The position numbers and the translations under genes were made by a program. From Piromyces finnis finn (Eukaryota; Fungi; Neocallimastigomycota): DNA of 64,000 bases. The notes under the pieces were generated by a model that had not been told where the DNA came from, ran no database searches, and saw only the letters and a list, made by a program, of their open reading frames with translations. Location of the stretch: positions 1 to 64,000 of the forward strand of contig MCFH01000058.1 of the NCBI GenBank assembly GCA_002104945.1, in the 5' to 3' direction. Positions 63,601-64,000 of the stretch are shown one piece after another; position 1 is the stretch's first letter; the number at the start of each line of letters is the position of its first letter.

Positions 63601-64000
63601 TAGAGCTAGCAGATTCTTTCCTTAAGCAATTTTCCTTACAGTATTCAGAATGATAGGAAACGTCCTTACTAGCAAAATTGATTGTCGGATTGTGAAGGGC
63701 CAGCCAATCAGAGCCAAGAATACAACAGTAAGAAGGCAATTCTACGACGTAAAATTGTAACTGGCATGAGTGATTCATGTGTTCCACAGTTATAGGCCAA
63801 GTCTGGCCGATAATCTTTTGGTGACCTCCGATACCTATAATTTGTGGGCATTTTACTTTGGTAATTATAGGGATCTCATGGGCCTTAACAAAGGCGTGGT
63901 CTATCAAACAGAATTGTGAACCACTATCTAAGAGAACTTTAGTTCCGACAGATTTGTATGGAAGAACAACATCAACATCGATAACAGTTTGAGGTAAAGA
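59772..64000 (-). mobile_element. Chromovirus-type element H (3' LTR 59772-60154; 5' half beyond window)
   Basis: TGTAACG...CATTACA LTR, PPT AGAGGAGGAGCT on the minus strand, pol related to G. Confidence 0.9.
60614..64000 (-). CDS. H pol (PR, RT, RNase H, IN, chromodomain), 5'-partial
   Basis: Frame open to the window end (VLLDSGSQF); YIDD; HHCC/DDE; [23 protein letters not shown]. Confidence 0.93.

Overview
Extremely AT-rich eukaryotic DNA. Base composition and long (ATT)n/(AAT)n tracts suggest an anaerobic gut fungus (Neocallimastigomycota), which is an inference. Host content is four intronless tRNA genes (a tandem Ser(GCT)-Met(CAT) pair, Trp(CCA), Arg(TCT)) and a decayed ABCA-type transporter. 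Nearly everything else is Ty3/Gypsy-type LTR retroelement DNA from about 11 LTR families, labelled A-K here for convenience. There are four full-length elements (G, A, D, E; E is nested in D, and G in the RT of a dead E-like copy), one cut by the window end (H), a 1.9-kb non-coding two-LTR element (I), a dead non-chromoviral pol carrying four K solo LTRs, and many other solo LTRs. The main signal is that many LTR families insert 11-30 bp upstream of tRNA genes at family-specific distances. This builds end-to-end stacks whose order can be read from overlapping TSDs (up to nine events at tRNA-Trp). Five elements have Tf1-like self-priming PBSs, two families have tRNA-type PBSs, and three elements carry tRNA-like Pol III promoter sequences themselves (G LTR, H 3' UTR, D gag start). 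All coordinates and alignments were read by eye, so the ends of degraded features are approximate.
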